Assembly (NCBI GenBank): GCA_963675755.2 | Contig: CAXXMD010000002.1 | Coordinates: 2,336,001-2,400,000 of the forward strand | Length of the DNA: 64,000 nucleotides | Origin: a bacterium | Lineage (GTDB): Bacteria > Zhuqueibacterota > Zhuqueibacteria > Residuimicrobiales > Krinioviventaceae | Direction of reading: 5' to 3' | In this document: positions 51,931 to 62,184 of the stretch, piece by piece | How the letters are laid out: the number at the start of each line of letters is the position of its first letter | How positions within the stretch are numbered: position 1 is the first letter of the stretch | Notes under the pieces: model-generated | The model's input: the letters and a program-made list of their open reading frames with translations, nothing else | Database searches by the model: none | Told to the model about the DNA's origin: nothing | Made by a program: the position numbers and the translations under genes

Positions 51931-53442
51931 TTAATAAATTGCCTCACCAATTTCAAGCACAATATCAATCCTACGATTTTTACGGCGACCATCTTCTGTT
52001 TCATTACTGGCTATCGGTTTACTTTTTCCATAACCAATGCTCTGTATTTGTTCAGAAGGCAAGCCCATATTGGCTATTAAATAAGATTTGACAGCATTTG
52101 ATCGCTGTTCGGAAAGTTTCTGGTTTGCGGCATCGTGCCCTCTCGAGTCGGTATGACCTTCAATAACAATAGGCGCATTGGGGAACTCTCGTATTGCTCG
52201 CTGTACCTTGGTCAGCAATCCAAAATAACCGGGCTCAATAACACTCTTACCTGATGCAAAATTCAAACCCACCAAACGAATAACAAGGTTGGTGCCTTCG
52301 CGTAGAACAACCGCTTCCTGAGGCGCGTACATATCTTCAATTCGTTTAATCTTGGCTTCCTGACGTTTCTTGGCTTCAAGTGTCTCTTTCAGGCCCGCTT
52401 CCTGTTGTTTGCTTACATCCAGTTCAGCGGTAAGCTTGCGATTTTTTGACATGCTTTCATCGAGCTCTTTGTTAACCCGTTCCAATTCTTTGCGCAATTC
52501 AATTTTATCATCAAGGGACGCAGCAATTGCCAGATGGAGCGATTCCATCGCCGGTTGCATACCATTGTCGTACTGTACATCCAGCTTCATGGTATTAGAA
52601 ACGGTTGAAAGATTGTCTTCAAGATCCAGAAATATCTTTTCCCAACTGTCTTCTTCTTTCCGGTTTTTTTGAATCAAATCCGAAAGAAAAATAGCATGAT
52701 TGGCTTCGTATTCCGCTTCTTCGGCTTTTTCTCTGGCTGTAGACTGGGCGCTGCGGTCGGTATTGAGAATATTCTCAGCCTCTTGCAGTAATACTTTGGC
52801 CCGGTTGTAGGTTCGGGGGGCATAACGATCTGCTTTGGTTTCTTTGGCCTTGTCCAGGAGTAAATGCACCTTGCCAATAATGCTGGCCTTGATAGCATTT
52901 AATTCAGCTTGACGATAACGATCTTCACCATCTTTGGCTTTTTTAATTGCGTTATTGATATCATTATCTTCAATCTCTTCCATTGCATCTTTAAAACTGC
53001 GTTCTGCCTGTTCGTACAATTCTAAAGAAAATTCAGGGGCATTGGCAATCAATGCATCATCACGCGCCTGAATTAAAAAAGGAAGCTGTTTTTTAGCTTC
53101 TTTGGCATTACCAATTGCTTTTGCAAGATACTCTTCAGCACGATTTAAATTCTTTTGGATGCTTTTCACATCCCTGCCACGCTCAAGATCCAGTTTGGCT
53201 TCATCAAAATGCCGTTGGGCCCGTTCAAAATCATTCGGTGACAATACATGAACCTGGAGTGATTGAGCATCTTCAAGGACGTGCTCAATGTCAACCAATT
53301 TTTGGTTCATTTGAGCCAATATACCCTGCTCACCAGCCTGCGCAAAAACAGAACCAGGAGCAGAAACCAGCACAATGAACATGATCAACATAAAATAATA
53401 AACAGGCAAGCTTTTGCTGCCATTTCTCAAGACTAAAGACAT
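51931..53442 (-). CDS. OmpA-family peptidoglycan-binding protein with long helical/coiled-coil N-terminus
   Basis: Signal peptide, IEGHTDSRG...NQKLSEQRS...GYGKSKP...NRRIDI; RBS AAGGAGAGGGGAGG. Confidence 0.88.
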   Translation of the reverse strand: MSLVLRNGSKSLPVYYFMLIMFIVLVSAPGSVFAQAGEQGILAQMNQKLVDIEHVLEDAQSLQVHVLSPNDFERAQRHFDEAKLDLERGRDVKSIQKNLNRAEEYLAKAIGNAKEAKKQLPFLIQARDDALIANAPEFSLELYEQAERSFKDAMEEIEDNDINNAIKKAKDGEDRYRQAELNAIKASIIGKVHLLLDKAKETKADRYAPRTYNRAKVLLQEAENILNTDRSAQSTAREKAEEAEYEANHAIFLSDLIQKNRKEEDSWEKIFLDLEDNLSTVSNTMKLDVQYDNGMQPAMESLHLAIAASLDDKIELRKELERVNKELDESMSKNRKLTAELDVSKQQEAGLKETLEAKKRQEAKIKRIEDMYAPQEAVVLREGTNLVIRLVGLNFASGKSVIEPGYFGLLTKVQRAIREFPNAPIVIEGHTDSRGHDAANQKLSEQRSNAVKSYLIANMGLPSEQIQSIGYGKSKPIASNETEDGRRKNRRIDIVLEIGEAIY

Positions 53443-53466
53443 AATACCTCCCCTCTCCTTCTTTTT

Positions 53467-53862
53467 TTAATGAGGTAATGTAACTTTTGTCAAAGCTTCT
53501 CTCAAGTTTTCAGGTGTTACCGGCTTTGTTAAATACCATTCACACCCTTCATTAAATGAAGACATGATATCTTTGACATCATTTTTAATTGTAATCATTA
53601 AAATCTTGGCTTCCTGAGAAAACTTTACCTTATTATCAGTTTCCCATTTGCGGATATGATGAACCACCTGCTGTCCTGACATATCTGGCATTTCGATATC
53701 CATAGTAATCAAATTATAGGGGTCAGAATCTTTATGTGCTTTTTCAAACATAGACAGAGCTTCTTCACCATTCGGAACCGCGTCACACGTGCCATACTCA
53801 GACAATAACGCCTGCAATTTTGTACGGCTCACGTAATCATCATCCACAACCAATATCCTCAT
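53467..53862 (-). CDS. Single-domain CheY-like response regulator
   Basis: ILVVDDD, LITMDIEMPDMSG, KP. Confidence 0.9.
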   Translation of the reverse strand: MRILVVDDDYVSRTKLQALLSEYGTCDAVPNGEEALSMFEKAHKDSDPYNLITMDIEMPDMSGQQVVHHIRKWETDNKVKFSQEAKILMITIKNDVKDIMSSFNEGCEWYLTKPVTPENLREALTKVTLPH

Positions 53863-53885
53863 TGCTTACTCCTTTCAGTTGGAAA

Positions 53886-56147
53886 TTATTTTTTATTATT
53901 GATATATTCTGTTAAATTATTTGCTTCAGTCTGAAAGGACTGAAAATAATCTTGCATATTCATTGTGTTATTTACCAGCGCACTCTCTTCAATTTTTTCT
54001 GCCCAACTTGCAAGTGGCATTGCCGTAAGATTGGCTGCACCGCCTCTAATTTTATGAGCTTCTGCAGCAAGTTTTTTCAAATCATTCTCTGCCAACGCCT
54101 GTTCAAACCGGGCTAACTGGTTTTTCACATCAACTAAAAAATGTTCCAAAACATTATCAAGGACCGTTTGGTTTCCACCAAATTCTACAATGGCTCGCTC
54201 ATAATCAATAGGTTTATGATTATTGGCGACTGGTTGTTCTTGATCTATTGGAACACTATTGTTTTCTATAATTATTTCATCATTTCCGGGCATCCATTTT
54301 TTTACCTGGTATACAAATGCTTTTCTTCGCAAAGGTTTTACCAGTACATCACTCATACCCAATTCTTTACACTTTTGTCTCGTTGCAGAATCTGCATGAG
54401 CCGTTATGGCCAGAATAGGCACATTTTTATAATAGCTAACTGAATTACGTATTTTTTGTGCTGCTTCATAACCACTCATTTCCGGCATTTGCAGATCCAT
54501 TAATACCAGGTCATATTGGTTGTTTTTGCACAATTCTATTGCGTCTTTTCCATTGTCAGCAGTATCAATCTTGTAATCTGATTCATTCAAATGCTGCAAT
54601 GCTACCTGCATGTTGGGGTAATAATCATCTACAATTAAAATCCGTCCCTGTCCTGAACCGGCCGCAAGCGGCATTATCACTTTTTCTTCTATATTTTCAA
54701 CCGTATTAGTATATACTTCCATTGGAAGTACAAACCAAAAGTGACTCCCTTTTCCTGGTTCACTTTCCAGAAAAATTTGGCCGTTCATCAAATCCACAAG
54801 TTGATAAGCAATTGTAGTACCCAGACCTGTACCACCATATTTTCGGGTAATACTTCCATCTGCCTGTGTAAAACTTTTGAAAATATCTTTTTGTTTATTT
54901 TTAGGAATACCTATACCTGTATCATGAACGTGAAATTCAATACTATGCAGTTGGTCATTAATGTTTTCAAAAGCTACAATAACCTTTACATAACCAGATT
55001 CAGTAAATTTCACAGCATTACTGCACAGATTCATTAAAATCTGAAGCAGGCGAAGTTCATCTCCCAGGTATACCAACTGATTTTTATTATTAATTTCAAT
55101 TTCAAATTTCAAATTTTTAGCATCTGCAAGTATTTTAACACTCTTGCTCAGCTTTTCCATTATATGCCTTAAACTGAACGGTCTTTTTTCAATCAGCATC
55201 TTTCCGGCTTCAATTTTTGCCAGGTCCAAAAGATCACTGATTAATAAAAGCAGCATTTCAGATTGTTCCAATACTGTTCCAGCATGATCATAAATATGAT
55301 CAAGCGAATTTGAATTCAATATAGATTCAGAGAATCCAATAATCGAGTTCAATGGAGTACGCATTTCATGAGACATATTGAAAACAAACTGCGACTTTAA
55401 TCGGTTCGCATCTTCTGCTACCTTTTTTGCATGCCTTAGATTCTCTTCTGCCTGTTTTCGTTCAATATATGCACCCAGCATTTCACTGGCTGTCTGTAAA
55501 ACTCTCAAATCCACTGAACGCCATTTTTTCTCACGATTATTGTCAACAAAACAAATCATACCATACCACTCTTTGTTAACAAAAATAGGAATTACCAACA
55601 AAGATTCAATTGATAACTCTATTAAAAATTGCCTTTCAGTTTCATTAAACTCGCCTGTCACACCAAATATGGGATTCCGGGAACTCAATTCAGTTTGCCA
55701 TCTCTGCAATCCTTTTGAATAACGCAAGGGAGACAATAATTTGTTTTTCACCTGACTGTGAAAGCCTCGGGAACAACGTTCGTTTGTTACCCTTGCACCC
55801 AAGCCCCATTTATAATTATGGTTTTTTAATACCCATACACGGCTAACACCAACTGACTGTTGCAAAAATTTGAGTCCCGTATCAACTGAATCTTTTTGAG
55901 TTACCAGCAAAGCCTTTGAAAAATTCGCAAGTCCTTCTTCATAACGAAGACGGATCGCAAGCGCGTTTTGAGCACTTTGCTTTTCTTCAATTTCCTGATT
56001 CAACTGCTCGTTAATATTGGCAAGCTTTGTATAGATCTCGTAATAATTTTTACGGGCAGTTTCGTATTCTTCCTGGGTCAACTGGAGATCATTATTCAGG
56101 TGCTTAATTTCTGTTTCCAGTAAATGTATCTTTTGTTTGTGTTCCAT
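53886..56147 (-). CDS. Cytoplasmic hybrid histidine kinase (coiled coil-GAF-HisKA-HATPase-REC-Hpt)
   Basis: MSHEMRTPLN, NLCSNAVKFT, DTGIG, GGTGLG, MDLQMP, AHKIRG; no TM segment. Confidence 0.92.
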   Translation of the reverse strand: MEHKQKIHLLETEIKHLNNDLQLTQEEYETARKNYYEIYTKLANINEQLNQEIEEKQSAQNALAIRLRYEEGLANFSKALLVTQKDSVDTGLKFLQQSVGVSRVWVLKNHNYKWGLGARVTNERCSRGFHSQVKNKLLSPLRYSKGLQRWQTELSSRNPIFGVTGEFNETERQFLIELSIESLLVIPIFVNKEWYGMICFVDNNREKKWRSVDLRVLQTASEMLGAYIERKQAEENLRHAKKVAEDANRLKSQFVFNMSHEMRTPLNSIIGFSESILNSNSLDHIYDHAGTVLEQSEMLLLLISDLLDLAKIEAGKMLIEKRPFSLRHIMEKLSKSVKILADAKNLKFEIEINNKNQLVYLGDELRLLQILMNLCSNAVKFTESGYVKVIVAFENINDQLHSIEFHVHDTGIGIPKNKQKDIFKSFTQADGSITRKYGGTGLGTTIAYQLVDLMNGQIFLESEPGKGSHFWFVLPMEVYTNTVENIEEKVIMPLAAGSGQGRILIVDDYYPNMQVALQHLNESDYKIDTADNGKDAIELCKNNQYDLVLMDLQMPEMSGYEAAQKIRNSVSYYKNVPILAITAHADSATRQKCKELGMSDVLVKPLRRKAFVYQVKKWMPGNDEIIIENNSVPIDQEQPVANNHKPIDYERAIVEFGGNQTVLDNVLEHFLVDVKNQLARFEQALAENDLKKLAAEAHKIRGGAANLTAMPLASWAEKIEESALVNNTMNMQDYFQSFQTEANNLTEYINNKK

Positions 56148-57029
56148 TTAAAAGATGCCCATCTCTTCCATTTTTTTCAATTCAGCTTGCATATTCTTGG
56201 CTATCAGATCAAGCGCCTGCTCAGATAAACTCAAACGTTCCAGGGCGATTTCAAACTCTACATGATCTACATACGGAGCGTCTCCAAAACCCACCTGATT
56301 CACCTGACAATAATAATCTGCAATATAAATTGTATTACATAATCGTACATGGTCTTGATCATTTCTTGCAGGATTATGATGATTACCCACAGCGCGTGCA
56401 TATTCATTTGGCAAGTTCCAGCTTTCTATAAGCGCTTGGCCAACACTTGAATGATTGAAACCCAGGATTTCGGTTTCAACAACGTCCAGATTTCTTTGTT
56501 GTTGTTCAGTTACAATAAGTGCCTGTTTAAATTCATCCTGCATAAACTGGTCCATTGCAATGATACCAATATCATGCAGCATGCCGGCAACATAGGCATT
56601 CTCACCCCGTTCACCAAATTCACGTCTATAGATCATTTTGGCAAGTAAAGCTACAGCAAAACTATGACGCCACAAAGCAGGTCTTGAATAGGCACCAATA
56701 CAAACCTCTTTTTCAAAAATTTCACATACTTTTTGACTTAGCACAATTTCCTTAACCGTGTTGAATCCCAGCCAGATTACAGCCTGATCAATTTCTCTGA
56801 TTTTATTCTGTGGTGAATAGTAGGCAGAATTTGCTACTTTTAAAACCCGTGCGGTCAATGGAGGATCAACTTCTATGATCTCTTCGAGGTCCTTTGCAGT
56901 AGAATCCGGATCATTTATAATCTGAATAATCCGGGTAACTACACTTTTAATTGTAGAAATGTTGGATTGGTTAATATTTTCTATTAACTCTATTAAACGT
57001 GTATTTTTCACTTCCGTGTTTTCAGTCAT
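56148..57029 (-). CDS. HDOD-domain protein
   Basis: DPPLTARVLKVANSAYY, LWRHS, GMLHDIG, GFNH, WNLP, HH; likely start ATG 57029. Confidence 0.9.
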   Translation of the reverse strand: MTENTEVKNTRLIELIENINQSNISTIKSVVTRIIQIINDPDSTAKDLEEIIEVDPPLTARVLKVANSAYYSPQNKIREIDQAVIWLGFNTVKEIVLSQKVCEIFEKEVCIGAYSRPALWRHSFAVALLAKMIYRREFGERGENAYVAGMLHDIGIIAMDQFMQDEFKQALIVTEQQQRNLDVVETEILGFNHSSVGQALIESWNLPNEYARAVGNHHNPARNDQDHVRLCNTIYIADYYCQVNQVGFGDAPYVDHVEFEIALERLSLSEQALDLIAKNMQAELKKMEEMGIF

Positions 57030-57666
57030 TCTTTTTCCTGCTTTTTTAATTTTTCTTTTTACCATCCTGCTAACATTCAATTGAATCAGAGAATGCCTCA
57101 AATACATGTTTTGTTCAATATATTTATATCCCCAAAGCCTGCTTATAATATCAATCCATCTGAATTGGGATTGACAATATAAATCTATCATATAAAATTT
57201 ATTAAAAAACTTGCAATAACTTGATCATTTCCTCCCTTTTGTTTGCCTGCATTTCATGGTTTACATACAGATTTTGTAATTGCGAGAATCAAGTACTATT
57301 AAATATCAAACATTATGAAAAATGTCAAGATAACCAATAACTATTTAACACAAAAAACAGACTCAACATTCAATGTTATATGATACAATAAGAATTTAAT
57401 GTTAAGCTTTGCCAGCATAATAATCGCAAAAATTACATTATAATATTTAAAAACTTGAGTAAAATAAATTCTTTTTTCTAGAATATCCAGTAATTATTTA
57501 AAAAAAATGCAATTTTATTCAACATGTACATAAAATAAATAATATTAATACTCCAAACTTATAAATTAATGCAAAAAAAATGCCCAAGATTAGTTATTTG
57601 GAAAAAAATATGATTTTTATGTGTTATATGTAATTCAAAATATATCAAGTCCATTTTCTCAACAAA

Positions 57667-57683
57667 TGGCATGTAATTTGAAT
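57667..57683 (+). promoter_or_regulatory. sigma54 -24/-12 promoter (GA variant at -12)
   Basis: TGGCAT-GTAAT-TTGAAT. Confidence 0.55.
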
Positions 57684-57887
57684 AAATAGAAGTGAAATGG
57701 ATGAAAAAACTAGTGACAGATGCAGTTAAAACCAATAAAATAAACGACTTGATCAAGATGACAAGTAAAAAAACAGAAAAAATGAATTACAAAATGAGAC
57801 ATAAAAGCAACAATTTTTGTAATTTAACTCAAAGAATGTCACAGTTTATTGTATACTTATATTTAAGAACCACCACGGAGTAATATT

Positions 57888-60800
57888 ATGGAAAAGAGAC
57901 ACACAATCTTGTTGTTTGCTGTAGCAATATTGATTGCTTTTGGAGGAAAAGTATTTTCCGCCAAAACGGCACCTGTGTGGGTACCCTCTTCGATCGATAC
58001 ACAATCCCTGCTATCACAGGTAAGCCCATATAATAGTATGACAGATACACAATTACGAAGCTTGTTAACTACTGAAGGTAAAACCAATTCAAAAAATATT
58101 GATATGGTTGATATTGTTTATGCATATGCTTTGCTTTATCAGGCAACAGATGATATTGAATATGCAAGAAAAGCAACCGTATTATTAGATAGATATGCTG
58201 AAGTTTTCCCCAGTTGGCCCACTGATTACGGCGGTAGCCGGGGTTACTGGATGTGGTGGGATAACTGGTTCCACAGAGATCTGGGATGGGTAGCAAAACA
58301 TTTAGCCCAGGCTTTTGATATGACCCGTTACAGTTCTGTCTATGATTCTTTCGCATCAGGTACAGAGACCGACATTTACAACCTTTTAAAAGAAATTGTC
58401 AAAGTTGATATGGGTTACACTTTGTACATGTTTAACTCTTCAGGTTCAAGACCCATGGGATATATCATTTTTGGTCGTGTTCTTGAAGATCCTGAACTGG
58501 TTCACTTGGGATACTGGTACTATAACAAAATGTTACACCAGAGTTTTGGCCCTGACGGTTACTGGTATGAGGGATGTTATGGATATGGCAACATTGCTTA
58601 TTGGGAACTGTCTAATGATGAATATAAATACTATCTTGACGGCTATTCTGATCCCGATGGTTATACCCATGTTCCATTTGAAGAAGGTTTAGACCCGATT
58701 CGACTAGACAATGTAGATTATGATGCTGAATTTGGCACTTTATTTTCAAGAATAGATGATATACTCTGGTCTACCGCCCTTCCTGATGGCAACTGGCCAA
58801 TCATGAACGAAACTGAAGCATTCCCGGATGGTTACAACGGAACCAACCCCAGAGATATTAAGGTTATTTTGCCTGAATCCAGATTGTTCCATGGTGTGGG
58901 ACATTCAGCAATGGCTTATGGCAGCGGCAGTACTCAAACCCAGGCGCGCCTCGATTTCAGTCACGCTGCGGCACACGTGCATGATGATGCTCTGCATTTA
59001 ATTTATTACGCAAAAGGCGAAGAAGTTCTTGGTGGTACCGGTTATGTTTATCAGGACCGTACCTGGAACGCAGATGTTCGTAATCAGAACCTGGTAATTG
59101 TAAATAATTCTGATCAAAAAACAGGTTACTGGACAGATTATACAAATTCTCCCTATATACCCGATGAAGGCAGACAGTCTGGCTTACCAACTACCAGACC
59201 GTTCCCCACATCAACAAATATGCACAATAACATTTTACTATTCGAGCCCGGCTACAAGGGTAATAAAGCAATTCAGATTACCGAAGTAGACGCTCTCGAT
59301 GCATATGATCATATCGGTGTAGACAGATATCAGCGTATGCTGGCCATGGTTAATATTAGCGGAAACGATACCTACCTGGTTGACTTTTTCCGCCTCAAAG
59401 GTGGTACCCAGTATGATTGGGCATTACATGGCGGCCATGTTTCAACAATCGCTCCGGTCCATCCGGGCTACTCTGCATCTACCAGTCTCAGCATGAGCAG
59501 TACATCTGGTTCATTTGGCAGTATCAGTTTTCAATCCAGTGCAACAACAGATAAAAACTGGTATGGAGAGTTTAATTACAATGGTGTAATCAATCGTTTT
59601 TCAATGATTGGCAATTCAAGTACAACCGTATATAAAGGTAGAGCACCACAATCCGGTAAAACCTCTTCAGGTGATCAGGATTATATTGTAGCAAGAAGAT
59701 CTGCAAGTTCTTCTTCCGATGAAAACTTTATGGTAATACATGAAACCTATACCGGTTCTCCACGAGTTCAGTCCATTGAAGAACTCACATTCGATGGTGA
59801 TCCCGGAACTGCTATAGGTATGAAAATCACTATCGACAATAATACAGTAGATTATATTATTCATACGCTTGACGAAGGCCCCAGTTATCCTGAACATGTA
59901 GTATCTCAGGAAAACAACCTTTCCATGACTGGTAAATTTGCTCACATCAGAGTTACCTCAGGTCAGGTCACCTGGATCCAGCTGGTACAGGGTGGTTCCG
60001 CATCATTTGGCTCGCAATCAATAGCGTCAGAAGATGGTGACTATTCATGGCGTGGTACTGTAAATTCAGTGTCTCGAATTGAAAATGGAAGCAGTGAAAA
60101 CAGTTTTGTTGTTAACCAATCATTACCCTCCAATGGTGAACTGGATGGAAAAACCGTCATTGTAACCTGGGGCAATGGATGGAAATGGGGTTACAAGATC
60201 AAATCTGTTAGTGGTAATAGAATTATTACCGATGACGAACCGGGTTTTGATTACAGCGGCGGTTCAGTACAAATGAAATTTTTCCCGGCAGGCACTTATT
60301 CAGGACCTGTAACGTTTATCATCCCGGGAACAGCGATTCTCGATGAAAACGGAACCATTACTTCTACAGAAGGTAATGCTCAATTGGCAGACACTACACC
60401 CCCTTCAATCGCAAGTACTACACCTGCGAGCGGTGCGGAAAATGTTCCAATGAATAGCCAGATTTCCATATCTTTTAACGAGTCCATGAATACTTCAAGT
60501 GTAGAATCTGCCGTTTCTATTTCTCCATCAATTACGTTAAATAAAAGCTGGAGTGGTAATACCTTGATATTAACACCCGCTATTGACTTTAACGAGACAA
60601 CAAGCTATATTGTAACTGTTGGCAGTAGTGCGCAGGATGTCTCCGGAAATCCCCTGGATGGAAACGGAGACGGTACAGGTGGAGATGCTTTCCAGCTCAG
60701 CTTTATTACAAGTTCACCACCTGAACCTGTTTATCTTTATATAGAAGCAGAAACAGCTACCGTAGTTGCACCTATGCAGGTCCTAAGCGATGCAAATGCA

Positions 60801-61745
60801 TCAGGCGGACAATATGTCGGTGTACCCGAAGGTGGAGGCAACAACAGCGGTACAGCCAGCATTACTTTTCAGGTACCTTTTTCAGACACATATTATTTAT
60901 GGGGCTTGGTAAACGCCCCAACAAGTAGTGAAGATTCATATATCATCAGTATTGATGGCGATAGAGACAGAATTTGGGATGTATTATACGAATCACATCC
61001 TGCTGAATGGACATGGGACCAGTTTGCAGAAAGAGGAACAGGTGCATTCGATGCTCCACAATATGATCCTGCAACGTTCCCGCTCTCAGCTGGTAGTTAT
61101 ACTTTGCAGATTACCAACCGTGAAGACGGCACATTGATCGATCAGATATTGATCACAAACGATCCGGATTTTGATCCGTCAAACACCAATCAGTCTGTAA
61201 GTTATACTGTTCCGGCAGGTTATAGTACCATTGCGGTTCCACTCAAAAATACAGAAATTGTATATGCCAGCGATCTGGCTGTAGCAATAGAAAGTCAGTT
61301 GGGTGATAATACAGTAAACGGATTGTCATATTGGGATTCAGGTATGCAGCGATATGTCAGCTTTGCTCCACATCTCCCATCATTTTTACAGGGAACCAAT
61401 TTTGAAATTCCATGTGGCATGCCTGTACTGGCAAACACAACTGTAAGCGGCACCTGGAACCTTGAAGGAGCATTAGAAGATATCTTTTATTCCCTTAGCG
61501 AAGGATACAACCTGATTGCACTTGAACTGGATAAAGTGGATATAACAAATGCAAGTGAACTTGCAGCAGCAATTGAATCACAATTGGGTGAAAATACTGT
61601 TAATGGTTTATCATATTGGAACGCAGAAACACAAAGGTGGGTAAGCTTTGCCCCACACTTGCCATCGTTCCTGCAAGGCACAAATTTCTCTACATCTCCC
61701 GGCCAATCATTCCTGGTGAATGTTTTGGTCAGTGGACAATTCTAA
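57888..61745 (+). CDS. Secreted heparinase II/III-like lyase with SbsA-type Ig domain, CBM-like jelly roll and tandem C-terminal domains
   Basis: Signal peptide; DGYWYEG..GY, HVHDDAL..IYY; DTTPPSI...ISFNESM Ig domain; YIEAE...ASGGQY...IDQILIT; 2x 95-aa C-terminal repeat. Confidence 0.75.
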   Translation: MEKRHTILLFAVAILIAFGGKVFSAKTAPVWVPSSIDTQSLLSQVSPYNSMTDTQLRSLLTTEGKTNSKNIDMVDIVYAYALLYQATDDIEYARKATVLLDRYAEVFPSWPTDYGGSRGYWMWWDNWFHRDLGWVAKHLAQAFDMTRYSSVYDSFASGTETDIYNLLKEIVKVDMGYTLYMFNSSGSRPMGYIIFGRVLEDPELVHLGYWYYNKMLHQSFGPDGYWYEGCYGYGNIAYWELSNDEYKYYLDGYSDPDGYTHVPFEEGLDPIRLDNVDYDAEFGTLFSRIDDILWSTALPDGNWPIMNETEAFPDGYNGTNPRDIKVILPESRLFHGVGHSAMAYGSGSTQTQARLDFSHAAAHVHDDALHLIYYAKGEEVLGGTGYVYQDRTWNADVRNQNLVIVNNSDQKTGYWTDYTNSPYIPDEGRQSGLPTTRPFPTSTNMHNNILLFEPGYKGNKAIQITEVDALDAYDHIGVDRYQRMLAMVNISGNDTYLVDFFRLKGGTQYDWALHGGHVSTIAPVHPGYSASTSLSMSSTSGSFGSISFQSSATTDKNWYGEFNYNGVINRFSMIGNSSTTVYKGRAPQSGKTSSGDQDYIVARRSASSSSDENFMVIHETYTGSPRVQSIEELTFDGDPGTAIGMKITIDNNTVDYIIHTLDEGPSYPEHVVSQENNLSMTGKFAHIRVTSGQVTWIQLVQGGSASFGSQSIASEDGDYSWRGTVNSVSRIENGSSENSFVVNQSLPSNGELDGKTVIVTWGNGWKWGYKIKSVSGNRIITDDEPGFDYSGGSVQMKFFPAGTYSGPVTFIIPGTAILDENGTITSTEGNAQLADTTPPSIASTTPASGAENVPMNSQISISFNESMNTSSVESAVSISPSITLNKSWSGNTLILTPAIDFNETTSYIVTVGSSAQDVSGNPLDGNGDGTGGDAFQLSFITSSPPEPVYLYIEAETATVVAPMQVLSDANASGGQYVGVPEGGGNNSGTASITFQVPFSDTYYLWGLVNAPTSSEDSYIISIDGDRDRIWDVLYESHPAEWTWDQFAERGTGAFDAPQYDPATFPLSAGSYTLQITNREDGTLIDQILITNDPDFDPSNTNQSVSYTVPAGYSTIAVPLKNTEIVYASDLAVAIESQLGDNTVNGLSYWDSGMQRYVSFAPHLPSFLQGTNFEIPCGMPVLANTTVSGTWNLEGALEDIFYSLSEGYNLIALELDKVDITNASELAAAIESQLGENTVNGLSYWNAETQRWVSFAPHLPSFLQGTNFSTSPGQSFLVNVLVSGQF
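61200..61742 (+). repeat. Two tandem 285-nt (95-aa) intragenic domain repeats
   Basis: AIESQLG[DE]NTVNGLSYW...VSFAPHLPSFLQGTNF twice; AGC TTT codons at 61359 and 61644. Confidence 0.9.
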
Positions 61746-61763
61746 ATATCACCTCCCCGGTAG

Positions 61764-61811
61764 GGCCAGTCGCAAAGTCGTTTTTTTCGATAGCGTGACT
61801 GGCCTTTTTTT
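61764..61811 (+). terminator. Large-loop intrinsic terminator
   Basis: GGCCAGTCGC...GTGACTGGCC followed by T7. Confidence 0.75.
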
Positions 61812-61939
61812 ATATCAAATTACAACATTGTAATTACAAAACCGAAAACAAGCTAAATTGTCCATCAAAATCGTTATAAAGCTGCACTTAAACCCAAAAA
61901 CAAGCCCTAAAGTCAATAATTAAATAGATTTATACCAAA

Positions 61940-62052
61940 TGTCCATAATAATGGACAAATAATAATAAGAATTTAATAAATTACTTGAAATTTTAAATAA
62001 ATTGACCACAAAAATGGACTTTGCATTTCATTTTTGTCCCCCAGAATGGACA
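61940..62052. promoter_or_regulatory. Three phased palindromic sites TGTCCA-N6-TGGACA (candidate enhancer/UAS)
   Basis: 61940 TGTCCA-TAATAA-TGGACA; 62003 TGACCA-CAAAAA-TGGACT; 62035 TGTCCC-CCAGAA-TGGACA. Confidence 0.7.
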
Positions 62053-62184
62053 AAAAATACATCATTTTAACATCAAGTCGATTAAAAACAATCACTTAGG
62101 CAATTCCCGGGTAGCACAAACACCGCCACCACCGTAAACCTTTTAAAAACAACATATTGCAGCAAAAATTTTTCCTCTTATTTT

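Noticed and set aside
51873-52091. 72-aa + strand ORF
   Set aside because: Starts inside the RNA hairpin, crosses the terminator and overlaps ompA antisense
57030-57191. N-terminal extension of the HDOD ORF
   Set aside because: No RBS at 57191; AGGA precedes ATG 57029 and the extension is not domain-like
57692-57883. 63-aa ORF between the sigma54 promoter and the lyase gene as a leader peptide
   Set aside because: No convincing RBS and composition reflects A-rich DNA; cannot be excluded without ribosome profiling
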